A stretch of 60,627 nt of DNA, the filler included, from Squatina squatina (Eukaryota): NCBI GenBank assembly GCA_031763465.1. It is 4 parts of 3 records of this genome, joined end to end, with 100 filler letters (N's around TTAATTAATTAA, not from the genome) between each part and the next. Parts side by side here need not be neighbours in the genome. Positions count along the whole stretch, not along the records: positions 1 to 12,751 come from JARFOE010000203.1; 3 more parts are not named here. The stretch is one strand, 5' to 3'. Each line of letters starts with the position of its first letter. Position 1 is the stretch's first letter. The translations under genes and the position numbers were made by a program. Positions 1 through 11,379 of the stretch are shown here, piece after piece. The notes below the pieces were generated by a model. The model was not told the DNA's origin and ran no database searches. It saw nothing but the letters and a program-made list of their open reading frames with translations.

Positions 1-780
1 CATCCTTTAAATTAATTTTTAAAAATGGCCATTTACAAGTTTAGACCAAATTGACGTTAAATTCATCTTGCCTCATTCCAGGTCCTGTTTTTTTTTTTTA
101 AAAAAAAAAAACAGGAAATCAAGACTAACTGGAAACATAAGCAGAAAGAGATGAAGACTCATGAGAATGAATGGGCAGAGGAGAAATACAAAGATGAGCC
201 AGGTGAAAGTTGCAAATATTTGGACTTCACACGCGCAACCAAAGCTTTCAAGTTTATGAAGTGAACCAATGCAAGCAAACTGTTCGTCATGCCAAAGGGG
301 TTATATATACACATCAGGAAACACAAATTAAAAAATTAATAAGTCGGGAGCATGTGTGACAACAAATGTATTCCGCAGAACTATTGCGGAGTGAAAAAGT
401 AAACCAGAGAGGCCAGTGAAGCAGACAGTACGTACATTAGAGGCAATTAGATACCTTTATGCAGAGAGAAGGAAATGAGAGATATGGTGATAAGATTGAG
501 AGTGGGGTTGATCAAAGAGAGACAGCCTCAATGGACCTATTGTTCTTTTCCTGATCCCGGAGCGTTTCCTGTTCCATCATCTGCTCCCATCCTTGTCCAC
601 TGTCTGCACAAGGCTGATAAGCTGGTGGTAAGATTCCAATATAATTTGAAGACTAAATCGTCCTGGAAACCGTAGTTACAGAATGTCAATAAAAGTGCAT
701 TATTAGCGTCACAAAAACAAGAACCCAGCGCAGCCTCCGATCCAGAGGTTCTGGAGTAACGTACGTAGTCAAAACTCTTA

Positions 781-1032
<252 letters not shown>

Positions 1033-1208
1033 TCACAGGTGTGTTTATAGGCTATCATGTTGGGAGTTTAATGGATTCTATTTATAGAGTATCATGTTAT
1101 TGAGAGTCTAATGGATGTGAAGTGGTACAGATCTACAATAACACATTATGGTTGAACAGTTTTACCCTGTTATAATGAGGTCTTTGTTGCTACGGTTTCT
1201 TCCTGAAG

Positions 1209-1324
1209 GTGTGACGTTCCCTTCTGGAGAAATGCAGCAAAAGTTAATGAAAAAGGTATATGAGGAAGCCGGTATCTCACCAGCTGAAGTGGAATATGTT
1301 GAAGCGCATGGCACAGGAACCAAG
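1209..1324 (+). CDS. FASN: Fatty acid synthase-like (type I FAS ketoacyl-synthase) internal exon
   Basis: 116-bp AG..GT exon encoding (G)[38 protein letters not shown], including the KS-domain EAHGTGT catalytic-His motif. Orthologue versus paralogue unresolved. Confidence 0.8.
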
Positions 1325-2561
1325 GTCTGTCCATTTAACTGTCTTTATATTGCACAACACAACAACATGAACTCATAGCCCAAATTTCCTGTAGTGTTCT
1401 GCCAATTTGTTGGCGGAAATCAGGCAGGGACAGAAAATGGAATGGATCTAGAAAACACCTAGAGAGCATTAAATAGCATCTCAACCCATCAGCAGCCATG
1501 ATATCTGTGTNNNNNNNNNNNNNNNNNNNNNNNNNNNNNNNNNNNNNNNNNNNNNNNNNNNNNNNNNNNNNNNNNNNNNNNNNNNNNNNNNNNNNNNNNN
1601 NNNNNNNNNNTGCAGAGCGAAAGGCCCCATGGGCCCTCTCTCTGTCTATTTGTCAATCAGGTATTAAGCAGGCATCGGGACTAGTGTCATTCAACTGACT
1701 CCAACCACCTTGAACAAAATGGGAGTTGGGGGAAAAAAAAAAGAGAAGGGAAACTCCCACTGCAGAGCAGACTCAACAGCCTTGAGAGGAAAGACAGTGA
1801 AAAGGGAGGAGAAAATAAGAGAAAAAGTGTGCAAGAGGAGAGAGAGGGAAAAAAAAAGAGACTGCCTCCAGACGCGTCTTTGGGTTAATTCTTCACAGAT
1901 GTTTGAAAGCATGCGGAAACATGGCAAAGTACAGACACGTTGCAGCTGTGGTGCTAATTGAACACTGCCTGGGTCACAGCTTGCAGTTAATTTATGCTGA
2001 AAGCCCAACCGCCTTTAGAACATGGCACATCTGAGAGCAGCGGGCTGCTGCCCCACTGGGTTAGCTTGAAACCAGGGGTTTTTAAACTTGGTTGCTGGGA
2101 ACCTCCTTTTAAAAAGGGAGGTGGGGTGCCTTCTCCCTGTTGTGATCTCCTTGCAGTGCTGCTCTGCTGCCAGCAGGTGCTGATATTGCACTCAAGCACC
2201 CTTTTGCAGACTTGTGCAATTTTCAGCCACTTAAAATAAAGGGCCATGCACACTGGCATCACCGCTCAATGACCCTAGCTTTTAAAAAAAGGGACAGGCA
2301 CTAGTTATCACCGCTCACCTTAAACCACCAAATAGTACTCTAGGAACATTGCAGGAAGTCCCGATGCCTGTGGTATAAAACACTGGCGTCAACCCGCCTG
2401 TACTTTACCCTACTTGTGGTAGAAAGCATCAGAATGCTGGATGGGCAGCTCTGTTCCTTCTCCTTCCCTGTTGTTTCCCCCTCCCCTCACCAAAGGCCAC
2501 AGTGGAACAATCCCAAGGAGAGGGCATTATAAATCCACACATCTGGTCATTCAGCCAATCA

Positions 2562-2783
<222 letters not shown>

Positions 2784-2805
2784 CTATAGCCTTGTGGCTG
2801 CATGC

Positions 2806-3180
2806 CCCGGGCAGGTACAGCACTGGTTAGATAAATAAAGCTCCCTCTACACTGTCCCCATCAAACACTCCCAGGGCTGGTACAGTACGGGTTAGATACA
2901 GAGTTAAGATCCCTCAACCCTGTCCTATCACACATTCACAGGGTGGTTACATTGCAGGTTAGGTAGAGTAAAGCTCCCTCTACACTGACCCAAACACTGC
3001 CTGGGCAGGTACAGTACGGGTTAGCTAGAGTAAAGCTCGCTCTACACTCCCTGGGCAGGTGCAGCATGGGTTAGATACAGAATAAAGCTCCCTCTACACT
3101 GTCCCCACCAAACACTCACAGGGCAGGTATAGCATGGGTTAGATATAGAGTAATGCTCCCTCTACACTGCTCCAAACACT
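2806..3180. repeat. Degenerate ~50-68-bp tandem repeat (about 6 copies)
   Basis: Repeated unit CCAGGGCAGGTACAGYACGGGTTAGATACAGAGTAAAGCTCCCTCTACACTGTCCCCATCAAACACT; resembles a repeat commonly seen in shark introns. Confidence 0.9.
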
Positions 3181-3984
3181 GGCTGATGTAGACACTGCAA
3201 TGCAACTCGGCACTCCAGGTTAGGGTTGGATGGCGTGAACCCCCATTCCTGAACACGATCCAGTGATTTCTGCAGGAAAGTGCACGTGCGGACATCACGA
3301 GAAGAAGAAAACCGACTCGGCCGAGACCCCGAAACTCAAAGCCCTGAAACTATTCACCGTTGTCCCACCAGCTGCATCAAGAGGCACGGAGAGACTGGAG
3401 AGCCAGTGCTAGCAGGATGAGGCAAAGTGGGTAATGCTAGAGCGGAGAATGAGGCGCTGCGTTGGGTTTGTGGGTGGTTGTGGTGGCAAGAGATCCGATT
3501 TCCTCCTATCTCTACTCTTTTCTCCTTGTCCAGTCTCTTCCCACCTACACCCATGACTCTTCCAATGCCCTCCGCCACTTTAACAGTTTCCAATTTCCTG
3601 GCCCCAACCGTCTCCTCTTNNNNNNNNNNNNNNNNNNNNNNNNNNNNNNNNNNNNNNNNNNNNNNNNNNNNNNNNNNNNNNNNNNNNNNNNNNNNNNNNN
3701 NNNNNNNNNNNNNNNNNNNCTATGTAACAGTGTCGAAGGGATGAATGGCCTCCTCCTGTTTCCATGTTGCTAATTTTCAGGTGAGAGGTGGGGGAAACAT
3801 GAGAGGGCAGATCCAGGGATTAAAGATTAATCTCGCAGACAAGCAACCCGGGGAATAAAACCATAGGGGCATGAAAGAAAAGTGTGTGTTTACTGCATTT
3901 GCTTTGAACTCTTTCCTCTATTATTAATTATAGAAATATTGGAGGCGGGGGAATTGAAAGGCCGACTGACTGACAGTCACGAAT

Positions 3985-4250
3985 CATCCAATCGGGTGAC
4001 GGAGATTCTGCTCCTTTTCCAACTGGCCGAGGGAAGGGGCGGGCGGGGGCGTTGCCAGGACGGACGTGTCGGGCGACCAATGGCGGCAGTGCACGGAAGT
4101 CATGTGATGAAACCTCCTGCAATATGTCCAATCAGCCAACCGCTGGAAGCTGGCGGGGGGGCGGGGGGGCGAAGGAGGAAACGTGGATGATGGACGGAGG
4201 GCGTCGATGTGTTACCGGAGGGATGGGAGTTCCCTACCGGTGACGCAAGG
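3985..4250. promoter_or_regulatory. TATA-less CpG-rich promoter
   Basis: CCAAT boxes at 3988, 4077, 4128; GC boxes ~4036 and ~4158; AATGGCGG (YY1-like) 4079; CGGAAGT (ETS) 4094; TCATGTGA (E-box) 4100; TGACGCAA (CRE-like) 4241. Confidence 0.7.
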
Positions 4251-4650
4251 CCCTGTCGGCAGCAACGGATTTCCAGCACATTCCTTCTGAACAGCAGGAA
4301 GTCGTCCTACCTGCACCTTTGCCCAGTTTCATGCGATCCTTTCTCCTGCGTTTTCGGGTCGGTTTTACCCACGGACTCTCGCTCTTCCACTTCTTCTTCC
4401 CTTTCCTTTTCAAACTGGAGTTGGAGCTCTGCGGAGATCAGACAGCAGAGTCAGTCGCCCNNNNNNNNNNNNNNNNNNNNNNNNNNNNNNNNNNNNNNNN
4501 NNNNNNNNNNNNNNNNNNNNNNNNNNNNNNNNNNNNNNNNNNNNNNNNNNNNNNNNNNNNTTTGCACCCCAATCCCAGCGCAGCAAAGGTGCAACGTAAC
4601 AACGTCTTAAACCTCATATATGTATATATTTTTTTGCAGCTGGGTGAGCA

Positions 4651-5937
4651 ATGGCGACCGGGAAGCTGCTCCGATTTCAGTTCCCAGAGCACGAGGGTTT
4701 GACCATGAAGAGGATGAACCAGCTTCGCTTGGAGGAGTGGTTCTGCGACGTGACGATTCTGGTGGGGGGGTTGCGGTTCCCAGGCCACCGGGTGGTGCTG
4801 GCCGCCTGCTCCCCCTTCCTGCGCGACCGCTTCCGCTTCGACCCCTCCCCGGAGATCGAGGTGCCCCTGCGGACCAGCCCGNNNNNNNNNNCCATGGCCA
4901 GCTCGGAGGTGGTGCTGCAGCTGCTGCTCTCCTGCGACACCGGGGTGCTGGAGTTCGCCTTCCGCGACATCGTGGACTACCTGACGGCGGCCAGCTGCCT
5001 GCAGATGGAGCACGTGGTGGAGAAGTGCCGGCAGTCGCTCTCGCCGTGCGTGGCCTCGCTCATCACCGAGGAGGGGGAGGAGGAGGGGCGCCCTGGGACC
5101 CCGCAGATTGCTTCGTCCTCGGGCCGGGCGGCAGAGCCTGAGAATCTCCCAGGGTGGCCACTGGCGAGCGCGGGCCGGGCGGCCGGCGACACGGTGAAGC
5201 TGGAGGGNNNNNNNNNNNNNNNNNNNNNNNNNNNNNNNNNNNNNNNNNNNNNNNNNNNNNNNNNNNNNNNNNNNNNNNNNNNNNNNNNNNNNNNNNNNNN
5301 NNNNNNNNNNNNNNNNNNNNNNNNNNNNNNNNNCAGTGTCGCCGACTGCGCCAAGGCGGAGGGGATGGAGGACGAGGGTTTTGTCCTGGTGCGCGGAGAC
5401 CTCCAGGAGGAGGACTATGAGAGCTCGGCCAGCGAGGAGTGCCGGAGCGGCGGCTTCTACGGCAGCTTCTACCGGCCGGGCGAGGACCAGCAGCAGCAGC
5501 AGCAGCAGCTGCCCGGGGGCACCCGGGGGGAGGCGCCGGGCCTTGGCTCCGAGCCCGTGCGCTGCTCCGAGTGCGGGGCCCCCTTCGAGCACCGCGAGCA
5601 TCTCGCCGCCCACATGGTGGTGCACAAGCTCTACATGTGACCCCGGTGTGGCAAGGTCTTCAGCCAGCGGGTCAACCTGACTCGGCACATCCACGTCCAC
5701 ACGGGCATCAAGCCCTACCTCTGCACCACCTGCGGCAAGACTTTCACCCAGAACCGCTCGCTCAAGGACCACATGAACGTGCACAGCGGCGACTCCCCCC
5801 ACTGCTGCAACTACTGCGACATGCGCTTCACGCACTACAACACCCTGAGGGTCCACCTGCGCGACCAGCACGGCAAGACCACTGGCAAGAACTCCACCGA
5901 GACCAAACTGGCCGAGGTCAACGTGGTGGTGCCTTAG
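4651..5937 (+). pseudogene. ZBTB12: ZBTB12-like BTB/POZ + 4 C2H2 zinc-finger gene with in-frame TGA at 5638-5640 (probable pseudogene or sequence error)
   Basis: BTB: [67 protein letters not shown]. Frame continues past the TGA: [49 protein letters not shown] then TAG 5935-5937, matching the ZBTB12 C-terminus. Acceptor AG just upstream of ATG; two internal N gaps. Confidence 0.75.
5488..5508 (+). repeat. (CAG)7 polyglutamine tract within ZBTB12-like ORF
   Basis: Seven CAG codons in frame. Confidence 0.9.
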
Positions 5938-6214
5938 ATGGTGGGGGAGGGTTCACTGACGGCTGTGCTTCACGTGCCCTGCAGCCACCGACCTCCCCGC
6001 ATCCACCACCGAGGGAACCTTTCCCTCTTTGAGGCCTGGGACAGTGCTGCCCACTTCTTCCCCTTAATTTGCGATCAGAGTTTGTGCTCCGGAGTCTTGA
6101 GGACGAAACTCCAAGCCACCGCAGTTCAGGAACTCTTCTTCCACGCCCCCCATTGCAAGTGAGACGAGGTCTTGCAAAGCGGCTATCAATCCCGCGTCAA
6201 GCCGCACTACAGCC

Positions 6215-6860
6215 CATAGAATCACAGCATGATATTGCACAGAAGGAGGCCATTCGGCCCATCGTGCCTGTGCTGACTCTTTGGTAGCGCGCTCCAATTA
6301 TCCACACTCCCCCCTGGCCTTTCTCCATCACCCTGTAATTTATTTTCCTTTCAAGTTTTTATCCAATTCCCTATTGTAAGTAATCATTGAATCTGCTTCC
6401 ACCGTCCTTTCAGGCAGCGCATTCCAGATCACAGCAACTCGCAGCGTAAACTTTTTTCCCCACATGTCACTGCTGCTTCTTTTGCCAATTATCTTAAATC
6501 TGTGCCCTCTGGTTACCGACCCTCCTTCCAGTGAAAACAGTCTCTCTTGATTTTCTCTCTCTCAATCTCTCATCATTTTGAACATCTCTATTAAATCTCC
6601 CCTTCGTCATCTCTGCTCCAAGGAGAACAACCCCAGCTTCTCCCAGTCTCAACACATAACTGAAGTCCCTCATCCCCCCTGGAACCATTCAAGTAAATCT
6701 ACTCTGCACCCTCTCTAAGGCCTTGACATCCTTACATTCCTTCCCAGAGTGTGGGGCCCAGAATTGAGCACAATAATCCTGCTGGAGCCGAACCTGTGTT
6801 TTATAAAGGTTTAGCGTTACCTCCTTGCGTTTGTACTCTGTGCCTCTATTTATAAAGCCT
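6215..6860 (-). mobile_element. CR1-type LINE 3' fragment
   Basis: Minus strand reads EYKRKEVTLNLYKT..YCAQFWAPH..DVKALERVQSRFT (CR1 ORF2 C-terminal), followed by typical 3' UTR. Confidence 0.85.
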
Positions 6861-6926
6861 TGTTGAGAATGAGCTGTGCCCCAGTGAACATTGACTCCCT
6901 TTATTGAACTCGTGTTTTCCATCCAG

Positions 6927-6994
6927 GCCATTGAACGCTTTAGGCAGTTTTATGAGTGCTGTTCATTTGTCGACAGCAAAGACAATTTGAGGCT
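6927..6994 (+). CDS. Candidate exon of unidentified gene (truncated by gap)
   Basis: Good acceptor (ttttccatccag) followed by open frame AIERFRQFYECCSFVDSKDNLR; protein not recognised. Confidence 0.3.
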
Positions 6995-7109
6995 NNNNNN
7001 NNNNNNNNNNNNNNNNNNNNNNNNNNNNNNNNNNNNNNNNNNNNNNNNNNNNNNNNNNNNNNNNNNNNNNNNNNNNNNNNNNNNNNNNNNNNNNCTTCGC
7101 TAATGTACC

Positions 7110-7578
7110 ACATAATAGACTGATGAACTAGGTCATTGAATGCGGAGTCAGGTGTCAAGTAGCGGAATGGATAGCTATCTGGCTTCAAAACAGAAAGCAG
7201 GGAGTAGGAGTAAAAGGTAGCTATTCACAGCGGCAGAAGGTGGGTAGAGGTATTCCAAAAGGATCAGCGCTGGGACCACTGATGTTCACAACTTATATTA
7301 ACAATTTAGATTTTGGAATCAAAAGCACAATTACTAAATTTGCGGTCAACACCAAATTCGGGGGATAGTCAATAGTGAGGAGGACTGCAAAAAATTAAAT
7401 GAAGACATTAATAAACTTGCAGAATGGGCATATAATGGGCAAATGAAATTCAACACAGATAAATGTGAGTTATTACATTTTTGCACGAAAAATAAGGAGG
7501 TCACATAGTACTTGGAAAATAAGAACCTAACTGGGGTAGAGGAGCAAAGGGATCTCAGAGTACAAATACACAAATCAC
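7110..7578 (+). mobile_element. CR1-type LINE reverse-transcriptase fragment
   Basis: Degenerate GIPKGSALGPLMF..KFAVNTK (GVPQGSVLGP/KFADDTK) and QMKFNTDKC motifs. Confidence 0.85.
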
Positions 7579-7703
7579 TGGCCCAGAAATTCCGGTCGGA
7601 GTCNNNNNNNNNNNNNNNNNNNNNNNNNNNNNNNNNNNNNNNNNNNNNNNNNNNNNNNNNNNNNNNNNNNNNNNNNNNNNNNNNNNNNNNNNNNNNNNNN
7701 NNN

Positions 7704-7730
7704 CACACACACACACACACACACACACAC
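7704..7730. repeat. (CA)n microsatellite
   Basis: CA run abutting a gap. Confidence 0.95.
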
Positions 7731-7768
7731 CAGTTGAAGAGGTAAAGCAGGAGAAAGCTGGTGCGCAC

Positions 7769-7906
7769 CTTGGCATCCTTCCTGGCGTGGAACTCGGAGA
7801 AACTGCGCTTCATCATGTCCTCCACCCGAAGCGCCTCCACCCGCAGCAGGTTGAGGATCATGGTGTAGGTCAGGCGGAACTGGGACTGCAGCAGCGTGGG
7901 TTTCCC
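7769..7906 (-). CDS. SKIV2L: SKI2-like RNA helicase internal exon
   Basis: 138-bp exon [46 protein letters not shown] with AG/GT ends; matches SKIV2L (SKIC2). Confidence 0.93.
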
Positions 7907-8340
7907 CTGCAACAAGAGTGAGACAAAGAGGGTTGAATTCAAGCCGCGCACACAGCTCCCCGATAACATAAACCAGGGAAAGAGAGACAGAGAGCGAGCT
8001 GAACAATTCAAAGCCTGCTTTCTCTTTGGATGATTCGACCTGAAGTTAGAAATCGAGAGCGCACTTCAGGGAAATGATAACAGAATCGAAGGCCTCCTTC
8101 GCTGGATGTGTTTCAAATCTAACCAATGAGGTTCGGTACTGGCCGGTTATGCTCAATACTTCACCTGGTGAGATCCTGTGTTGCACTTAGAATTCTTGAG
8201 AAAAAAAATCTAATTTTTTTTTTTAAGGTCACAGTGCATTNNNNNNNNNNNNNNNNNNNNNNNNNNNNNNNNNNNNNNNNNNNNNNNNNNNNNNNNNNNN
8301 NNNNNNNNNNNNNNNNNNNNNNNNNNNNNNNNNNNNNNNN

Positions 8341-8928
8341 GGCTCCTCGAGCCTGCTCCGTCATTCAGTGAGATCATGGCTGTTCTTCGACCTCAACTCC
8401 ACTTTCCCGCCTGATCCCCATATCCCTAGATTCTCCAAGAGCGCAAAAATCTATCTATCTCAGCCTTGAATATACTTAATGACTGAGCATCCACAGCCTT
8501 CTGGGACAGTGAATGCCAAAGATTTGCAACCCTCTGAGTGAAGAAATTGCTTCTTGTCTCAGTCCTAAATGGCCGACCCCTATTCTCAGACTATGGCACT
8601 TAGTTCTAGACTCGCCAGCCAGGGGAAACAGCCTCTGAGCATCTACCCTGTCAAGCCCTCTCAGAATCTAATATGTTTCACTGAGTTCCCATCTCATTCT
8701 TCTAAACTCCAGAGAGTGTAGCCTCATTCGACTCAATCTCTTCTCATAGGACAACCCTCTCAGCTCAGGAATCAATCGAGTGAACCTTTATTACAGCCCC
8801 CTCTCAGGCAAGTATATCATTCCTTTGGTACAGAGACCAAAACTGTACACAGTGCTCCATGTGTGGTCGCACTGAAGCCCTGTACAATTGCAGCAAGACT
8901 CCCTTACTCTTGTACTCCAACCCCCTAA
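8341..8928 (-). mobile_element. CR1-type LINE 3' fragment
   Basis: RGLEYKSKGVLLQLYRASVRPHMEHCVQFWS on minus strand plus CR1 3' UTR. Confidence 0.85.
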
Positions 8929-9029
8929 CNNNNNNNNNNNNNNNNNNNNNNNNNNNNNNNNNNNNNNNNNNNNNNNNNNNNNNNNNNNNNNNNNNNNNNN
9001 NNNNNNNNNNNNNNNNNNNNNNNNNNNNN

Positions 9030-9620
9030 AGGGAGGGAATTTCAGAGTTTAGGGCCCAGGCAGCTGAAGGCACGGCCGCCAACGGTGGAGCGATTGAAAC
9101 CGGGGATGCTCAAGAGGCCAGAATTGGAAGAGCGCAGGCATCTCGGAGGGTTGTGGAGCTGGAGGAGGTTATAGAGATTGGGGCGGAGGGGCGAGGCCAT
9201 GGAGAGATTTGAAAACAAGGGGGAGAATTTTAAAATGAAGGCATTGATTAACTGGGAGCCAATGTAGCTCAGTCAGCACAGCGGAGATGGGTCAACGGGA
9301 CTTGGTGGGAGTTAGGATACGGGCAGCAGAGCTTTGGATTACCTCAAGTTTACGGATGATGAAAGATGGGAGACCAGCCAGGAGTGCATTGGAATCGTTG
9401 AGTCTAGAAGTAACAAAGGCATAGATGAGAGCTTCAGCAGCAGATAAACTGAGGCTGAGGCAGAGGCGGAGACAGGTGATATTACGGAGGTGGAAATTGG
9501 TCTTAGTGATGGTGCAGATATATAGTCGGAAGCATATTTTTGGGTCAAATACAACACCAAGGTTGTGAACAGTCTGGTTCAGCCTCAGACTGTCGCCAAA
9601 GAGAGGGATGGAGTCACTGC
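9030..9620 (-). mobile_element. L2-type LINE fragment
   Basis: Minus strand encodes degenerate LIYAFVTSRLNDSNALLAGLPS..KLEVIQSSAAR, typical of the L2 ORF2 C-terminal region. Confidence 0.75.
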
Positions 9621-9639
9621 CTGAAAGGGTGGTGGCAGC

Positions 9640-10070
9640 AGATTCAATAGTGGCACTCCACTAGTTACACCCTGCTGACCCAAAAATGACCCGTTCTTTC
9701 CTACTCTCTGTTTTATACCCATTAACCAGTCCTCAATCCATGGTAATATATTAACCCCAATCCCACGAGCCTTGATCTTGTGTGCCACGTTATCAAATGC
9801 CTTCTGAAAATCCAAATACACTGCAACCACCGGTTTCCCCCCTTATCTACCCTGCTAGCTACACCCTCAAAAAACTCAAACAGATCTGTCAAACACGATT
9901 TCTCTTTCATAAAACCGTGTTGACTCTGCCAAATCATATTATAGTTTTCCAAGTGCCCTGTTACCAAGTCCTTAATAATAGATCCGAGCATTTTCCCTAC
10001 TGCTGATGTCAGGCTAACTGGTCCATTGCTCCCTGATTTCGCTCTTCCTCCTTTCTTGAACAGTGGGATT
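9640..10070 (-). mobile_element. CR1-type LINE RT fragment
   Basis: PVSLTSAVGKML..QHGFMKEKSCLTDLFEFFE..VYLDFQKAFD motifs. Confidence 0.9.
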
Positions 10071-10074
10071 ACAT

Positions 10075-10395
10075 AGAGATGTTTCCACTTGTGGGGGAGT
10101 CCAGAACTAGGGACCATCAATATAAGATAGTCACTAATCAATCCAGGAGGCAATTCAGGAGACACTTCATCACCAGAAGAGTGGTGGGAATGTGGAACTC
10201 GCTACCGCATGGAATGGTTGAGGCGAAAAGCACAGATGCATTTAAGGGGAAGTTTGATGAACACAGGAGGGAGAAAGGCATCGAAGGAAATGCTGATAGG
10301 TTGAGATGAAGTAGGGTGAGAGGAGGCTTGTGTGGAGCATAAACACTGGCATGGACCTGTTGGGCCAAATGGCCTGTCTCTGTGCTGCAGATTCA
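10075..10395 (+). mobile_element. CR1-type LINE 3' end
   Basis: ESRTRDHQYKI..RRHFITRRVVGMWNSLP..FKGKFD plus 3' UTR. Confidence 0.85.
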
Positions 10396-10845
10396 ATGTT
10401 AACAAATTGCTGAGGTGAGCGAGAGGTTAGTAATTTGCTTGTAAAGTATAGTCTGCGGCTCAGCGGAGCCCATCATGAAATTAACATCTTTCTCCTATTT
10501 TTAAGATTATTTTGCATTTGTAACAAAATGGCATCTGCACTGTGACAGCCATGTGCTAGACACAAGACACGTCTGTCTAGAATACAGTAAAAGTCTTGCA
10601 TGTGCTTCATGTAAGTGTGGCCTTTACTCCGGCCACACTTAGTTCAAATAAGACAGCGATTGTTCTAAAACAGGATATCCTCTGACTCATGGTGAGTAAC
10701 ATTATCGGAGATCTGCGACTTTTTACAGGTTGTGTTGAAGTTATTCTAGTTACTGCAACTGCCACTATGTAGCTGTTGGTGGGGGGGTGGGTCGGGGGAG
10801 AGAGGGTTGAGTAATTAACCAATGCCATTTGTGCTTTGTTCTCAG

Positions 10846-11141
10846 CTTTGTGAGCTCCAGTGACCGAGGGCGAGACAGTGAAAAAGACCGCGAGGAGGAA
10901 CGGGACTCGGGAAAGGAGCTGGAGCGTGAGAGCTTCAAAGACATCGAACGGGATCTTGAGCGCGGAAGAGACCGTGACAAGGGTCGAGACAGAGATCGGG
11001 ATCGGGACCGAGACAGGGATCGGGATCGCGACCGGGATAGGGACAGGGACCGAGACAGAGACCGTGGCAGAGACAGGGACAGGGATAGAGAAAGGGACAG
11101 GGATCGGGATCGGGATCGTGAGCGTGATGTCTCCTACAGAA
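10846..11141 (+). CDS. NELFE: Negative elongation factor E (RD protein), Arg-Asp repeat exon
   Basis: AG acceptor 10844-45, GTAAGT donor 11142. Encodes (S)FVSSSDR..(RD)n..RERDVSYR; SFVSSSDR plus RD tract is diagnostic. Divergent to SKIV2L as in mammals. Confidence 0.9.
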
Positions 11142-11379
11142 GTAAGTATACTTCCTTCCCAATGTTTCTCTGAGTGGCCTTCCTGGATTCTCTCGGGTGA
11201 CCATTCTTTATAAGCAAGCCTGGATAGGAACTTGAGAAGGANNNNNNNNNNNNNNNNNNNNNNNNNNNNNNNNNNNNNNNNNNNNNNNNNNNNNNNNNNN
11301 NNNNNNNNNNNNNNNNNNNNNNNNNNNNNNNNNNNNNNNNNTCGTAAGCTCCTGTCATGGCTTGGGTGATGCAGACATA

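Noticed and set aside
2806-3180. Repeat array as CRISPR-like
   Set aside because: Whole units are homologous and degenerate; it is a satellite.
3276-3412. Plus-strand terminal exon candidate (KCTCGHHEKKK..ESQC*)
   Set aside because: No recognisable homology and it would lie inside a DDAH intron; insufficient support.
4438-5871. 477-aa minus-strand ORF
   Set aside because: Antisense shadow of the GC3-rich ZBTB CDS, inflated by N runs.
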